A stretch of DNA of 64,000 bases from an uncultured Bacteroidales bacterium (GCA_963782945.1 CAWALO010000021.1:11156-75155); one strand, 5' to 3'; positions 1 to 9,876 are shown, counted from the first letter of the stretch. The notes: generated from the sequence alone by a model not told the origin. Numbers and translations are program-made.

Positions 1-658
1 CAACATCAGGCATATCAAATGCCATAAAATTTCCTGCTATTTTCAAGGGTTTGTCATAGCTGGTGCCGGTATAAAGGACCGGAGGATTTGGCTTTCCTGC
101 CGAAACAGGTGTTCCTCCGGAAATCTGATAATAGGTATCTCCTTCCAGCCACATGTGAGGATCCCATCCCGGATTTGCGATTGGATTGTCTTTGGATTTT
201 TCCCATATATTCAATTCTTTATCCTTACTATAAGCGACACAATTACCTCCTGTGCCAAGTCCATGATATGCAATTACAACATTTCCGTCTTTAGCTATAA
301 AAGCATTGCCGCTGAAAATGCCTTCATCAGGATCGCCATCGTGGTGTTTAAGATCGTTCGAATGCCAGCGCCAGTGGAACAAGTCTATACTTGAAAGGTG
401 CTGCCAGTGATGGCCTGCTTCAGCCTGATAGAGATACCAGAGATGATAAATCCCGTCTTTGAAAATGGCACCGTTCGGATCGAAGGGATATCCGGTGCCT
501 TCTGCAATGGTCAGATGCCATGCCGGACGGATCGGATCGTTCAGTTCTGCTACACGGATTTTTCTTGCAGATACAATATCACCAGGAGTAATTTCCTGGG
601 AATTAACACTGACCGGCAGAACGAAAACTGCAACAAGAAAAACAAATAAATATTTCAT
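1..658 (-). CDS. GH32-like glycoside hydrolase (beta-fructofuranosidase/levanase-type propeller), N-terminal ~219 codons; the 3' end lies beyond the left window edge
   Basis: Own translation of the minus strand from the ATG at 658..656. It begins MKYLFVFLVAVFVLPVSVNSQE (signal peptide). It continues WHLTIAEGTGYPFDPNGAIFKDGIYHLWYLYQ, HLSSIDLFHW and IFSGNAFI, which mirror the GH32 blocks (W)xNDPNG / YHLFYQ / S.DL.HW / FSGSAV. The gene is absent from the ORF track because no stop lies inside the window. Confidence 0.6.
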   Translation of the reverse strand, partial: MKYLFVFLVAVFVLPVSVNSQEITPGDIVSARKIRVAELNDPIRPAWHLTIAEGTGYPFDPNGAIFKDGIYHLWYLYQAEAGHHWQHLSSIDLFHWRWHSNDLKHHDGDPDEGIFSGNAFIAKDGNVVIAYHGLGTGGNCVAYSKDKELNIWEKSKDNPIANPGWDPHMWLEGDTYYQISGGTPVSAGKPNPPVLYTGTSYDKPLKIAGNFMAFDMPDV

Positions 659-690
659 TGACAATAAATTATGAATTATCTGCATACTGA

Positions 691-2572
691 TTAATTCACC
701 CGTTTCTCCAGGTCAGACAGTGAAACCGTAATCATTTTTCCAGCCTGTTTTCCATCACGGTAGCTGATTACTCTGAAGGTATCAGCATCGTTTGGAATAG
801 AGAGCTTATCTCCCTTTTTATATAAAGGAGAGTGATGGTCGGGATAGGTATTGTCGAAAGTGTAAAATAATTCGATCCCATCAATTTCCGTATCCAGCTC
901 TATAAGCAAATTGCCCTTTTCATCTTTTGAAGGTTGAATGATGGCATCACGATAACTGGTCGCAAAATTAATATCCATCAGTTTCATTCTCTCTAGATTT
1001 ATATCAGTACGATTTACAAATCCTGCCCAGTCTCTTGCATTTTTCGGAGACCAGAATATTTCAGAAAGAGCAAATGACCTGGGCCACAGCATATACTCGG
1101 CATGTCTGAAAGTAGGAACACTTTCTGTCCACAGGTTTCCCTGCCCGCCAAGTATAAATGAGGAATCTACTCCTTCGGGAACAGGTTCAAAAGTATAAAC
1201 TTTATTTAGTCGAAGCATTGCAAAAGTAGGAGGCTCAACAGCAGGATCGCCCTGATAGTAGTCAATATAGGCAAAATCAACAGGACTCATCACAACATGA
1301 TGCTGTGCCTTTGCAGCTGAAATGCCTCCCTCCATACCCCTCCAGCTCATAACTGTGGCATTGGGAGCCAGGCCACCTTCGAGTATTTCATCCCACCCTA
1401 TCAGCTTCCTGCCTTTTGCTTCCAGTATTTTCTCCAGTCTCTTGACAAAATAACTCTGCAACTCGTTTTCATCCTTTAAACCGTTATCTTTCATCCTTTT
1501 CCGGCAATCAGGACACTTTTTCCAGAACCCTTTGTAGCACTCGTCACCTCCAATGTGAATATATTCAAAAGGAAACACCTCAGCTACCTCGGTAAAGACT
1601 TTATCCATATATTCATAAGTCGATTCCTTTCCGGCACACAGGGAATTATCCTCTATTGTGTAAAACTTACTTCCGGGATTGACCGTGTACTTCAATCCGG
1701 TTGAGGATAAATAAGGATACGAGGCAATTGCTGCCATGCTGTGGCCTGGTGCCTCTATCTCAGGAAGTATATTTACAAATCTTTCCCCGGCATATTTAAT
1801 AAGGTCTTTAATCTCATCCTGTGAATAAAATCCTCCGTAAGTAGCTTTTTCTCCCTTTCCAGGACTTTTCCGGTCCCACCACAAGCCTGTTCGCGGGACT
1901 CTCCATGCACCGGTTTTTGTAAGTTCGGGCAGGGCTTTAATCTCAACCCTCCAGCCCTGATCATCAGTAAGGTGAAGCTGAAGAACATTGAATTTGTACA
2001 TTACCATCTCGTCAATCATCTTCTTTACCTCATCTATTGTGAAGAAATGCCTGCTGACATCAAGCAGCAATCCCCTCCACTGAAACCTTGGGAAATCTTC
2101 AATTTCTGCACATCGGACCTCAAACATTGAATATTTCTGTTTTGAACTGCTCATCATAATTGGGGGAAGCATCTGAAGAAGGGTTTGGACCCCATAAAAG
2201 ATACCATTTGGCTTGTTTGCAGTTATCTCTATGCCGCTGGCAGTTATATTTAATAAATAGCCCTCTGTTCCAAGACCTTTTACCTCCTCATCAGCAATCA
2301 GAAGATTGATCCCGCTGCCTGATCCATTCTTTACTTCCAGTCCGCCAAGCTGCTCACCAAGGTATTTACCCACATTAACAAGGACTTCACTTTTACAAAA
2401 AATAACAGTACTATTTTTTATTTTAAAACTGCCTGTGTTAAGTTTAACTTTCACAGGCTGCGGAATAATGGCTGGTTCATCAACCTTTCAGGGCAGGATC
2501 ATGGTTAACCTGGCATGCACAAATAAGTGAAATTAGAAGTGTAATAAAAAAGAGTCTTTTTACAATTTTCAT
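691..2572 (-). pseudogene. GH20 beta-N-acetylhexosaminidase; the lipoprotein signal peptide ORF (2480..2572) is out of frame with the catalytic body (691..2454)
   Basis: The 587-aa ORF carries RGLLLDVSRHF and HIGGDECY (GH20 catalytic blocks). Upstream, the ATG at 2572 encodes MKIVKRLFFITLLISLICACQVNHDPALKG then TGA. The body frame reads (K)VDEPAIIPQPVKVKLNTGSF immediately after that stop. One extra base near 2483-2490 (aaaGGttgat) separates the two frames. Confidence 0.8.
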
Positions 2573-2598
2573 ACTGGTCATATTTTGGTTAGATGCTA

Positions 2599-3878
2599 TT
2601 ATCTGACTTTCCCAAGAGCTTTACCCACTGCCTTGATCTGTTCAAGATGGTGAGGAAGGATAGTGCCTTTTGCATCCACAACAACTTCGAGGCAGAGGAC
2701 ACCTCCATTGTCAACGATCTGCTTTGCCTTTTCAGTAAGCACATCTGTTTTGAACTGCTGCCCTTTTCCACCCCATTGCTCCCCCAGGTAGGTAAAGAGA
2801 AACCATTGTACTCCATCTTCAACCCATCTGGATGATGGTATTTCGTCAATAGTCTGTTTCTCCCCGGAGCTGTAATCGCAGTAGGGAGTATTGACATGAA
2901 TTTTTCCGAAACCATAGTTATATGTCACAATACTTTCTTATTTCCGGCTTTGGCAGCTAGTGTATGAGTGCTTATGTTATGCTTAAGCGACATGTCCATC
3001 CTGTGTGCTTCTTATTGCATTCCATTCATATAGTCCGTCAAACCACCAGCCTTTTACATCCGTTCCGTAACGCAGGCTCCATTCCCTGATCATATTTTCA
3101 AGGATTGGCTGGTTGTACTGGCTTGTGGCTGAATCCTTATTGAGCGGGTATCTGAACTTCTCCGACACTAGCCTGTTATTTACAGGTGGATTGCTCGGGA
3201 GGTACAGTATGACAGGAATATTATACTTTTTGAGAGCTTTTATTATATCCATTGGCAAGTCACGCACAGAACACAGTTCTCCCGGCCTGACTCCAACAAC
3301 ACTGTCGAAGGCAGCATTCGGAGAACAATAATAACCTGAGTTCTGTCCAAGTGTGACCATAACAAAGCCTGCTCCCGCCTCATGAGCATTAAGAGCAAAA
3401 GCATCAGCATCAAAACTGTTTACTGCTTCGTTCCATTCTTTGGGGCCACCTTCAGGTACTATGTTTGAACTTAAATAATGAAACATTATACCGAATCCGG
3501 CATCACGGAACCAGTCAGTATCGGGATTGCCTTTATATTCTACCGGACCTGATGAAACGATGGATGATGATATCCGTTTTCCGCTATTAGAGTGTTGTAA
3601 AGAGATTTCACACTTCAGATATTTCCCTGTATATGATGTCAGCAATACTATATCATCGGTGAAGATCCCGTCAAGCTTTTGCCATACGCTGTCAGGAGAC
3701 GTTGAAATATACCAGCTGATCTCAGGTGAATTGTACCCTGATGGCATATCGTATCTTGACAGTAATTATTTGTTTTGCAACCAGATCTCCCTCCAAATGA
3801 ATATTTCGAATCTGATTTTCTGTACATGCGGCCTGAAAAACCAGAAGGATGAAGAGTGACTAATGTTGAAATTTTCAT
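2599..3878 (-). pseudogene. alpha-L-fucosidase-like (GH29-related) TIM-barrel lipoprotein, multiply frameshifted
   Basis: The pieces lie in three frames. MKISTLV at 3878 is followed, in another frame, by SLFILLVFQAAC (lipobox) TENQIRNIHLEGDLVAKQIIT. ORF 2983..3747 follows (WFRDAGFGIMFHYL, WNEAVNSFDADAFALNAHEAGAGFVMVT, DVKGWWFDG). ORF 2599..2928 comes last (GGVLCLEVVVDAKGTILPHHLEQIKAVGKAL, like the GH29 LLLNvgP..dG.i....l..iG.wl tail). Confidence 0.6.
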
Positions 3879-3950
3879 TGCAATTTATCGATTAGATATA
3901 GATTACTATTATTCAGTATTGTTGAAGATATGCTGTTTAATGTTTTTTTA

Positions 3951-4063
3951 AACCCACCCCAAGCCTTCGCTAAAGCTTCGGCTTGCAAAGCTAGCCCCTC
4001 CAGGGAGGGGAACCAGAATCCCTGCCTCCTGCCTTTTGCCTTCTGCCATCTGCCTTCCGCCTT
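3951..4063. repeat. GC-rich composite intergenic element: short C-tract/G-tract hairpin plus six copies of a 7-bp tandem repeat
   Basis: CCCCTCCAGGGAGGGG at 3995..4010 is self-complementary. AAGCC(N14)GGCTT lies at 3961..3984. CTGCCTC CTGCCTT TTGCCTT CTGCCAT CTGCCTT CCGCCTT at 4022..4063 runs into the stop codon of the 4062..5174 gene. The region is much more GC-rich than its surroundings. Confidence 0.6.
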
Positions 4064-5174
4064 ATTTCTTCACATACTCAAACGGCAAGTCATTGTACGC
4101 CCTGGCTAGCACAGCAATATTCTTCTCATCTCCCTTCAGGCTGTCGACCGGACTTGACATATAATAATCCACAGGAGGCATCATGGAACCGGCAACCGGT
4201 TTTGTGAATCCATAAAGTCCTACCTTTTCATTTACAGCTGCCGGAATAACTACAGAGGGATCCTGCCCGTTCCAGTCAGCGAGACATGTAACAAGTTTTG
4301 TATGACCTCCAAGCATGCTCCTGACAGCTTCAGTAGTTGCAATATCTCCTGCTTCATTCAGAACCCAGTCGACCTCCTTAAGCATATCAGAGCCGGCAAT
4401 ATCCCTGCTTGTAAGCTGGCATGATGTAAGCCAGATTATGCAGTCAGGATTAGTGCTCTTAACAGTCTCCCTGATCCTTTTCCAGCGCTCTGTCAATTGC
4501 TTTACGGCGAAACTGAAGTTCCAAGTTCAGGAGTAATATTTTTCAATACCAGGGAATGGCTGACCCATAAGCTCTCCATACATAACCTGCTCACAATCAA
4601 TCCATTTTAAAGGAGGATAAGGTTCCATGGTAGTTCCCGGATTCCAGAGCCAGTCAATAAATACACCATCAATATTTGTCTTTTGTATCCCATCTTTAAT
4701 GGAAGCACACAGAAAATCGAGATACTGAGTAGTATATGGAATATGAGGAGCCGAAGGTATGCCATAACTCAGGTCAGGATTCTCCAGTCCCCACCTGGTA
4801 TTTGAACCTGCACAGAAGTATCCGAATACCTTAATCTTTTTTTTATGAGCCAGCTTAACCTGTTCAGTCAGAAAATCATACTTCAGTCCGGGCTGCTCGG
4901 GAACAATGCCATTCTTATACCAGGCATATCCATTGCATGAAACAGCGAATGACTGAATAACGTTACATCCTAAGTCTGCATACCAGTTCACATGTGCAAC
5001 AGGGTCCGCATCAGCCCATAATCCTGGCCTTGCGAATCCGTTAGGACCTCCTTCGCCCCAGTTAAAATCTATATTATATGCTTTTATGGATCCTGTATCT
5101 TCCATCTTAGGATCAGAACATGAGGTAATAATAAGAACAGAAATAGCGATAAATGATTCAATGAATGTCTTCAT
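4062..5174 (-). pseudogene. glycoside-hydrolase-like TIM-barrel lipoprotein interrupted by a single in-frame TGA (4527..4529)
   Basis: ORFs 4527..5174 and 4062..4496 share a frame (both low coordinates are 0 mod 3). The 30 nt between them are open, reading ...GIEKYYS-TGA-TWNFSFAVKQLTERWKRIRE.... The N-terminus MKTFIESFIAISVLIITSCSD is a lipoprotein signal. The layout (IDFNWGEGGPNGFA, GCNVIQSFAVSCNGYAWY, DGVFIDWLW) resembles GH29-like/GHL TIM barrels. Confidence 0.6.
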
Positions 5175-5236
5175 AAGTCCAGGTTCAGGAATAAGGTTAA
5201 CAGGTAAAGAATATTGTGTACTAAGATATTTAATTA

Positions 5237-5270
5237 TTAAACACGAAGGGCTCGAAGGTTAGCACTAAGT
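5237..5270. repeat. Short intergenic repeat fragment beginning TTAAACACGAAGG, related to the element at 63149..63213
   Basis: TTAAACACGAAGGGCTCGAAGGTTAGCACTAAG shares the 13-nt start TTAAACACGAAGG and an AAGGTTA core with the element at 63.16 kb. Confidence 0.3.
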
Positions 5271-5476
5271 TTTTCAAATGTATGGAAGAATATAAAATCA
5301 CTTTCCGGAATAATATGTTAAAATCATGCAGGAATTCGATATCGTTTATAATGAAAAATATATCTTTAACCCATTAACTGATGAGAACTATAGATATCTG
5401 AATCCATTATCCGGGTCAATAACCTGATAAACCTTGAATTCAATAATAAATGAAATAAAAATAAACCTCCAGAACT

Positions 5477-6151
5477 ATGAAGAGAAGCGAAGTAAATAAG
5501 ATTATAACAGGAGTATCGGACTTCTTTGAAAAAAACCATTTTATGCTCCCGGAATGGGCATCATGGGCACCTGAAAAGTGGAAAGGAAAGTACAGCGTTT
5601 GTTCTGAGATAATTGATAACAAACTTGGATGGGATATTACTGATTTTGGAAGCGGAGATTTTAAGAGACAGGGATTGTCACTTTTCACTATACGCAATGG
5701 GAACTGGGATAAAAAAGACAAACTCTACTGTGAAAAGATCATGGTCTCTGATGAAGAGCAGGAAACTCCTATGCATTTTCACTGGAACAAAACAGAGGAT
5801 ATCATCAACAGGGGCGGCGGGAATCTCGTTATGGAACTTTATATGGCAACACCTGATGATAAATTTTCCCGCGAACCGGTAACTGTAAGTATTGATGGTG
5901 TTCTGACAACTGCTGGACCCGGGAAACAATTAATTTTAAAGCCTGGACAGAGTATTTGCCTTAAATCAAGGGTGTATCACAGATTTTACGGAGAGAAAGG
6001 AAAGGGCCGGGTACTCATAGGTGAAGTGAGCATGGTTAATGATGATGCCAGCGATAACCGCTTTTATGACAAGATTGGCAGATTTCCTGAAATTGAAGAA
6101 GATGAAAAGCCTGTGCGGCTTCTTGTCAACGATTATGAAAAGTACCTTTAA
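5477..6151 (+). CDS. D-lyxose/D-mannose ketol-isomerase family protein (cupin)
   Basis: 224 aa. It contains ETPMHFHWNKTEDIINRGGGNL and a VYHRF..GE cupin metal-binding pattern. Size and N-terminal helix match the YdaE/D-lyxose isomerase family. Confidence 0.7.
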   Translation: MKRSEVNKIITGVSDFFEKNHFMLPEWASWAPEKWKGKYSVCSEIIDNKLGWDITDFGSGDFKRQGLSLFTIRNGNWDKKDKLYCEKIMVSDEEQETPMHFHWNKTEDIINRGGGNLVMELYMATPDDKFSREPVTVSIDGVLTTAGPGKQLILKPGQSICLKSRVYHRFYGEKGKGRVLIGEVSMVNDDASDNRFYDKIGRFPEIEEDEKPVRLLVNDYEKYL

Positions 6152-6178
6152 TCAAACCTGATAAAATAGTTCGCAGTT

Positions 6179-7366
6179 ATGTCAAAAAAGATAATAGTTT
6201 CAGGGGTTGGATGCTGCCTGGTCGACCTGCTGTTTAATGATATTGATTTCAGCAGTGAGGCAATGAGATCATGCCTCTCATTGAAGCGCGGTGACGGAGG
6301 CCTTACTCCGGGGCAGCTTGTGTTCAGGGAAGAATTCGAAAAATTCAGCGGTGATTCTTTTGACCTTGCCCTGAACAGGATAACCGGTGGCAGAAAACAC
6401 GACAAGATAAATATCGGAGGACCTTCGATTGTTTCACTCATAAATGCTGCACAACTCGTTGACAAGGAATATTGCGAAGTGCGTTTTTATGGTCGGGGTG
6501 GCAATGATGATATAGGAAGCTACCTTGTTTCTGCCCTTCAGAAAACTCCTGTAATACTTAAGGATTTTAAGCTGATCAATAGACAGACGCCTTCTACTGT
6601 TGTGCTGTCTGATCCCTCATATGATAACGGTCACGGGGAAAGAGTGTTCATTAACTCTATTGCCGCAGCATGGGAATACGGACCCGATAACCTGGATGAA
6701 GATTTTTTCAGTTCCGACATAGTCGTATTTGGAGGAACCGGACTTGTGCCTCAGATCCATGATAATCTTACCTCCCTCCTGAAAAAAGCAAAATCAAAAG
6801 GATGCATAACTATAGTTAATACTGTTTTTGATTTCAGGAATGAGAAGGCCAATCCATCAAAGAAATGGCCCCTTGGAGAAAGCGATGAAAGTTACAGGTA
6901 TATCGACCTCCTGATTACAGACCAGGAGGAGGCTTTACGTCTAAGTGATGAACGTGATCCGCAGAATGCCATCGACTTTTTCATTGAGAAGAAGGTTTCT
7001 TCACTAATGATCACCAACGGATCCAGGAATGTAATAACCTGGTCTGACGGACAGTTTTTTAATGCATCAGGGATCAAAGCTCTGCCGGTATCGGAAAAAG
7101 TAATTAATGAGAGAAAAAATGCCCAGATTGGTGATACAACCGGATGCGGCGATAATTTTGTTGGCGGTGTTATTGCATCCATTGTTAACCAAATTCAAAA
7201 TGGCGCCGGTCATCCTGACATAGCGGAGGCTTGCAGCATGGGAGTTGTGTCCGGAGGATATGCCTGCTTTTATCTTGGCGGAACATATTTTGAAAAGGAA
7301 CCAGGAGAAAAAAAGGCGAAAATGGAACCATATTATGAAGCTTACAAAAGACAAATCGCAGGTTGA
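6179..7366 (+). CDS. PfkB-family carbohydrate kinase
   Basis: 395 aa. The C-terminal DTTGCGDNFVGG block matches the PfkB DTxGAGD signature. The N-terminal VSGVGCCLVDLL is ribokinase-like. Confidence 0.75.
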   Translation: MSKKIIVSGVGCCLVDLLFNDIDFSSEAMRSCLSLKRGDGGLTPGQLVFREEFEKFSGDSFDLALNRITGGRKHDKINIGGPSIVSLINAAQLVDKEYCEVRFYGRGGNDDIGSYLVSALQKTPVILKDFKLINRQTPSTVVLSDPSYDNGHGERVFINSIAAAWEYGPDNLDEDFFSSDIVVFGGTGLVPQIHDNLTSLLKKAKSKGCITIVNTVFDFRNEKANPSKKWPLGESDESYRYIDLLITDQEEALRLSDERDPQNAIDFFIEKKVSSLMITNGSRNVITWSDGQFFNASGIKALPVSEKVINERKNAQIGDTTGCGDNFVGGVIASIVNQIQNGAGHPDIAEACSMGVVSGGYACFYLGGTYFEKEPGEKKAKMEPYYEAYKRQIAG

Positions 7367-8568
7367 ATCTAAAAAAATAGTCATTTTCGGCGCCGGGAAA
7401 ATCGGGCGCTCATTTATCGGTCAGCTCTTCGGCACAAGCGGATATAAAACTGTATTCATTGATGTTGACCCTGTTATTATTAAAATGCTTAATAAAAGGG
7501 CCTCTTACCGGGTAGTTATAAAAGGAGAAAAAGAGGACGAGATTATCGTTACTAATGTTCAGGCAATTTCTGCCCTTGATAAATCATCTGTTATTAATGC
7601 CGTTTCAACAGCGGGGATTGCTGCTGTTTCCGTAGGCAAGAATGCTCTTGAAAAAGTAATACCTGCTATTGCTGCAGCTCTGGAAAAGAGATATTCTGAC
7701 AATCCGGATAAACCTCTCGACATTATCCTTGCTGAGAATATGAGATCAGCTGCCGATTTCACAAGGGATCTGCTTATTAAGAATCTCCCTTCATTATTTC
7801 CGGTTGATTCATATGTAGGTCTTATCGAAACCAGTATAGGGAAAATGGTTCCTATCATGCCTCTTGCGGAAGCTGAAAAAGATCCGCTGATGGTTTTTGC
7901 GGAGCCATATAATACCCTTATCCTTGACGGAAAAGGATTTAAATCGCCTGTGCCTGATGTCAGGGGGCTCGCACCAAAAAATAATATAAAAGCCTGGGTC
8001 GACAGGAAAGCTTTCATACACAACCTTGGACATGCAACAGCTGCCTATTACGGCTATTTTCATCATCCTGCTGCCATATATATGTACGAAGTTCTTGATG
8101 ATGAAAAAGTTCTGCAATTTACCAGACAGGTCATGCTTCAATCTGCTGAAATATTGAGAGCAGAATATCCCGGCGAGTTTACAGTCTGCTGATCTTACCG
8201 AACATATTGATGACCTCCTGAACAGGTTCAGAAATAAAGCCCTGCAGGACACAATTTTTCGTGTTGGACAGGATCTGCCAAGAAAGCTTGGCTCAGACGA
8301 CCGTTTTATGGGCTCTATTCATCTTGCTATTCAAAATCATATGCCTTACAACCTGATACTTGAGGCTATGTCGTTTGGATTATGCTTCAGTGCCGGAGAT
8401 GAAGAAGGACATTTATTCCCAAATGATATTATATTTCTGGAAAGTCTTGCAAAAAATGCAGAATCGACATTGATAAATGTCCTTGGTCTTGATCCGGTGA
8501 AAGACAGAAGTATAATAAAAGTGTTAAAGAAAGGGAATAGAAAGCCTCCTTTGGATATTTATAAGTGA
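7335..8568 (+). pseudogene. mannitol-1-phosphate 5-dehydrogenase-like polyol-phosphate dehydrogenase with one frameshift near 8170..8192
   Basis: The ATG at 7335 gives MKLTKDKSQVESKKIVIFGAGKIGRSFIGQLF (Rossmann GxGxxG, as in MtlD). Frame 0 stops at 8192. The next frame reads SADLTEHIDDLLNRFRNKALQDTIFRVGQDLPRKLGSDDRFMG, the typical MtlD C-terminal block, through to 8568. Confidence 0.65.
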
Positions 8569-8680
8569 CGGCCAGATCTCTCCACAGCCATAATAAGAAC
8601 CCACCTGGTCAGTTGTTATCTGCCGCTTTAAAAAAATCTTTTTTTTAAAAAAATGGCTGAAATATTTTTTATTTAAACGA

Positions 8681-8720
8681 TTAAGCATATATTTATATCA
8701 ACTATTCTGGATATGCTTAA
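8681..8720. promoter_or_regulatory. 10-bp perfect inverted repeat TTAAGCATAT(N20)ATATGCTTAA upstream of the PKD lipoprotein gene; candidate operator
   Basis: Read directly from the sequence. It sits 25-64 nt upstream of the ATG at 8745, at the head of the long plus-strand gene run. Confidence 0.25.
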
Positions 8721-8744
8721 CCAATTAACTAAAAACCTGAGATT

Positions 8745-9689
8745 ATGAAAAAGATTTTGTTCTTATACCTTGTTTGTTCTGTTTTGTTTGCAGGAATTAA
8801 CTCCTGCAAAGAAGAGACTCCGGCGCCAACTGCCGAATTTGAATTTGTGGTTGCCGGATACGTAGTTACCTTTACTTCTACTGTAACGGATGCTACAACA
8901 TATTTATGGGATTTTGGTGACGGAGAAACAAGCACTGCTGCAAACCCCGTGCATACCTATTTATCATCCGGAACCTATAACGTCAAACTTACCGCAACAG
9001 GTGAAGGTGGGGATGTAAACGTGACTCATGCTGTTCAGACTCTTCCTTCATTCGCCGAAATGCTCACTGGAGGACCGCTGGCAGAAAATGGAAAAACCTG
9101 GGTGCTGAGCAGAGGATACATTGAAGGTGTAGATGGGGGAAGTGGAATAGAACCATCAATGATGATTCTTTTTGCTGCTGCACCGGATATTCTTGATGGA
9201 CTGCAGTTAGCTTCTGACGAATATGACAATGAATTTACCTTTTTTAATGATGGAAAATATGTGGTAGATACCAAAGATGCTGCTCTGGCCGGATCGGTGT
9301 TTGGTCTTTTCGGTGGAGAACAACAGATAATATCCATCACAGACAATGCATTAGGACTCTGCACTACAACTTACACACATCCTGAAAATGCGACATGGAC
9401 CCTTCATGAAGACAATTTAGTTGTTACTGCAGCCCCTTATGGAGGCACTGATGTTCCGGCCGTAACTTATTCAGTAACCTTTACAGGTAAAAAATGGATT
9501 TCCTTATCTGAAGGAGCCTATTTTGGAATCCTTGACTATCCGGGAACCAGACAATTTATAGTTAAGGATCTAACCCCTGATAAGATGTCAGTTGCAATGT
9601 TTTTTTGCGCCTATTGGGCTGATCCTTCCGGATCAGGGCAATACCCGGTTATCATGTATCATCTTACATATGTACCTAAGTCAAAGTAA
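8745..9689 (+). CDS. PKD-domain lipoprotein
   Basis: The signal is MKKILFLYLVCSVLFAGINSC (lipobox). The PKD signature is FTSTVTDATTYLWDFGDGETSTAANPVHTYLSSGTYNVKLTATGEGG. Confidence 0.7.
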   Translation: MKKILFLYLVCSVLFAGINSCKEETPAPTAEFEFVVAGYVVTFTSTVTDATTYLWDFGDGETSTAANPVHTYLSSGTYNVKLTATGEGGDVNVTHAVQTLPSFAEMLTGGPLAENGKTWVLSRGYIEGVDGGSGIEPSMMILFAAAPDILDGLQLASDEYDNEFTFFNDGKYVVDTKDAALAGSVFGLFGGEQQIISITDNALGLCTTTYTHPENATWTLHEDNLVVTAAPYGGTDVPAVTYSVTFTGKKWISLSEGAYFGILDYPGTRQFIVKDLTPDKMSVAMFFCAYWADPSGSGQYPVIMYHLTYVPKSK

Positions 9690-9737
9690 AACATTTCTTT
9701 AATTCACATTAACAGAAATGAATTCTTTCAATATTTT

Positions 9738-9775
9738 AAATTACCTGGATTGGCAAATCCAGGTAATTTTGTATT
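9738..9775 (+). terminator. Rho-independent terminator-like hairpin after the PKD lipoprotein gene
   Basis: AAATTACCTGGATT GGCA AATCCAGGTAATTT forms a 14-bp perfect stem with a 4-nt loop. It is followed by TGTATTT. Confidence 0.6.
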
Positions 9776-9876
9776 TATGAACATTTATTTAAGGCGTTGA
9801 AAGAACTCTCAATCCAACCGCCCGTCAGAAAGAGTCCAATCAATATGATTATCTTTACTAAATGAAACAGTAACTT

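Noticed and set aside
2589-2915. ORFs 2589..2915 (minus) and 2593..2835 (plus), which overlap the C-terminal GH29-like fragment, as separate small genes.
   Set aside because: The 2599..2928 frame carries the family-typical tail (GGVLCLEVVVDAKGTI...IKAVGKAL). The overlapping frames have no motifs and are explained as alternative-frame noise.
4527-4529. The in-frame TGA as selenocysteine or a reassigned stop codon.
   Set aside because: I saw no obvious stable SECIS-like hairpin immediately 3' of the codon. It is the only isolated in-frame TGA, and many other genes in the window terminate normally with TGA. A nonsense mutation is the simpler reading. It is kept as a low-interest finding because I cannot run a SECIS or orthologue check.
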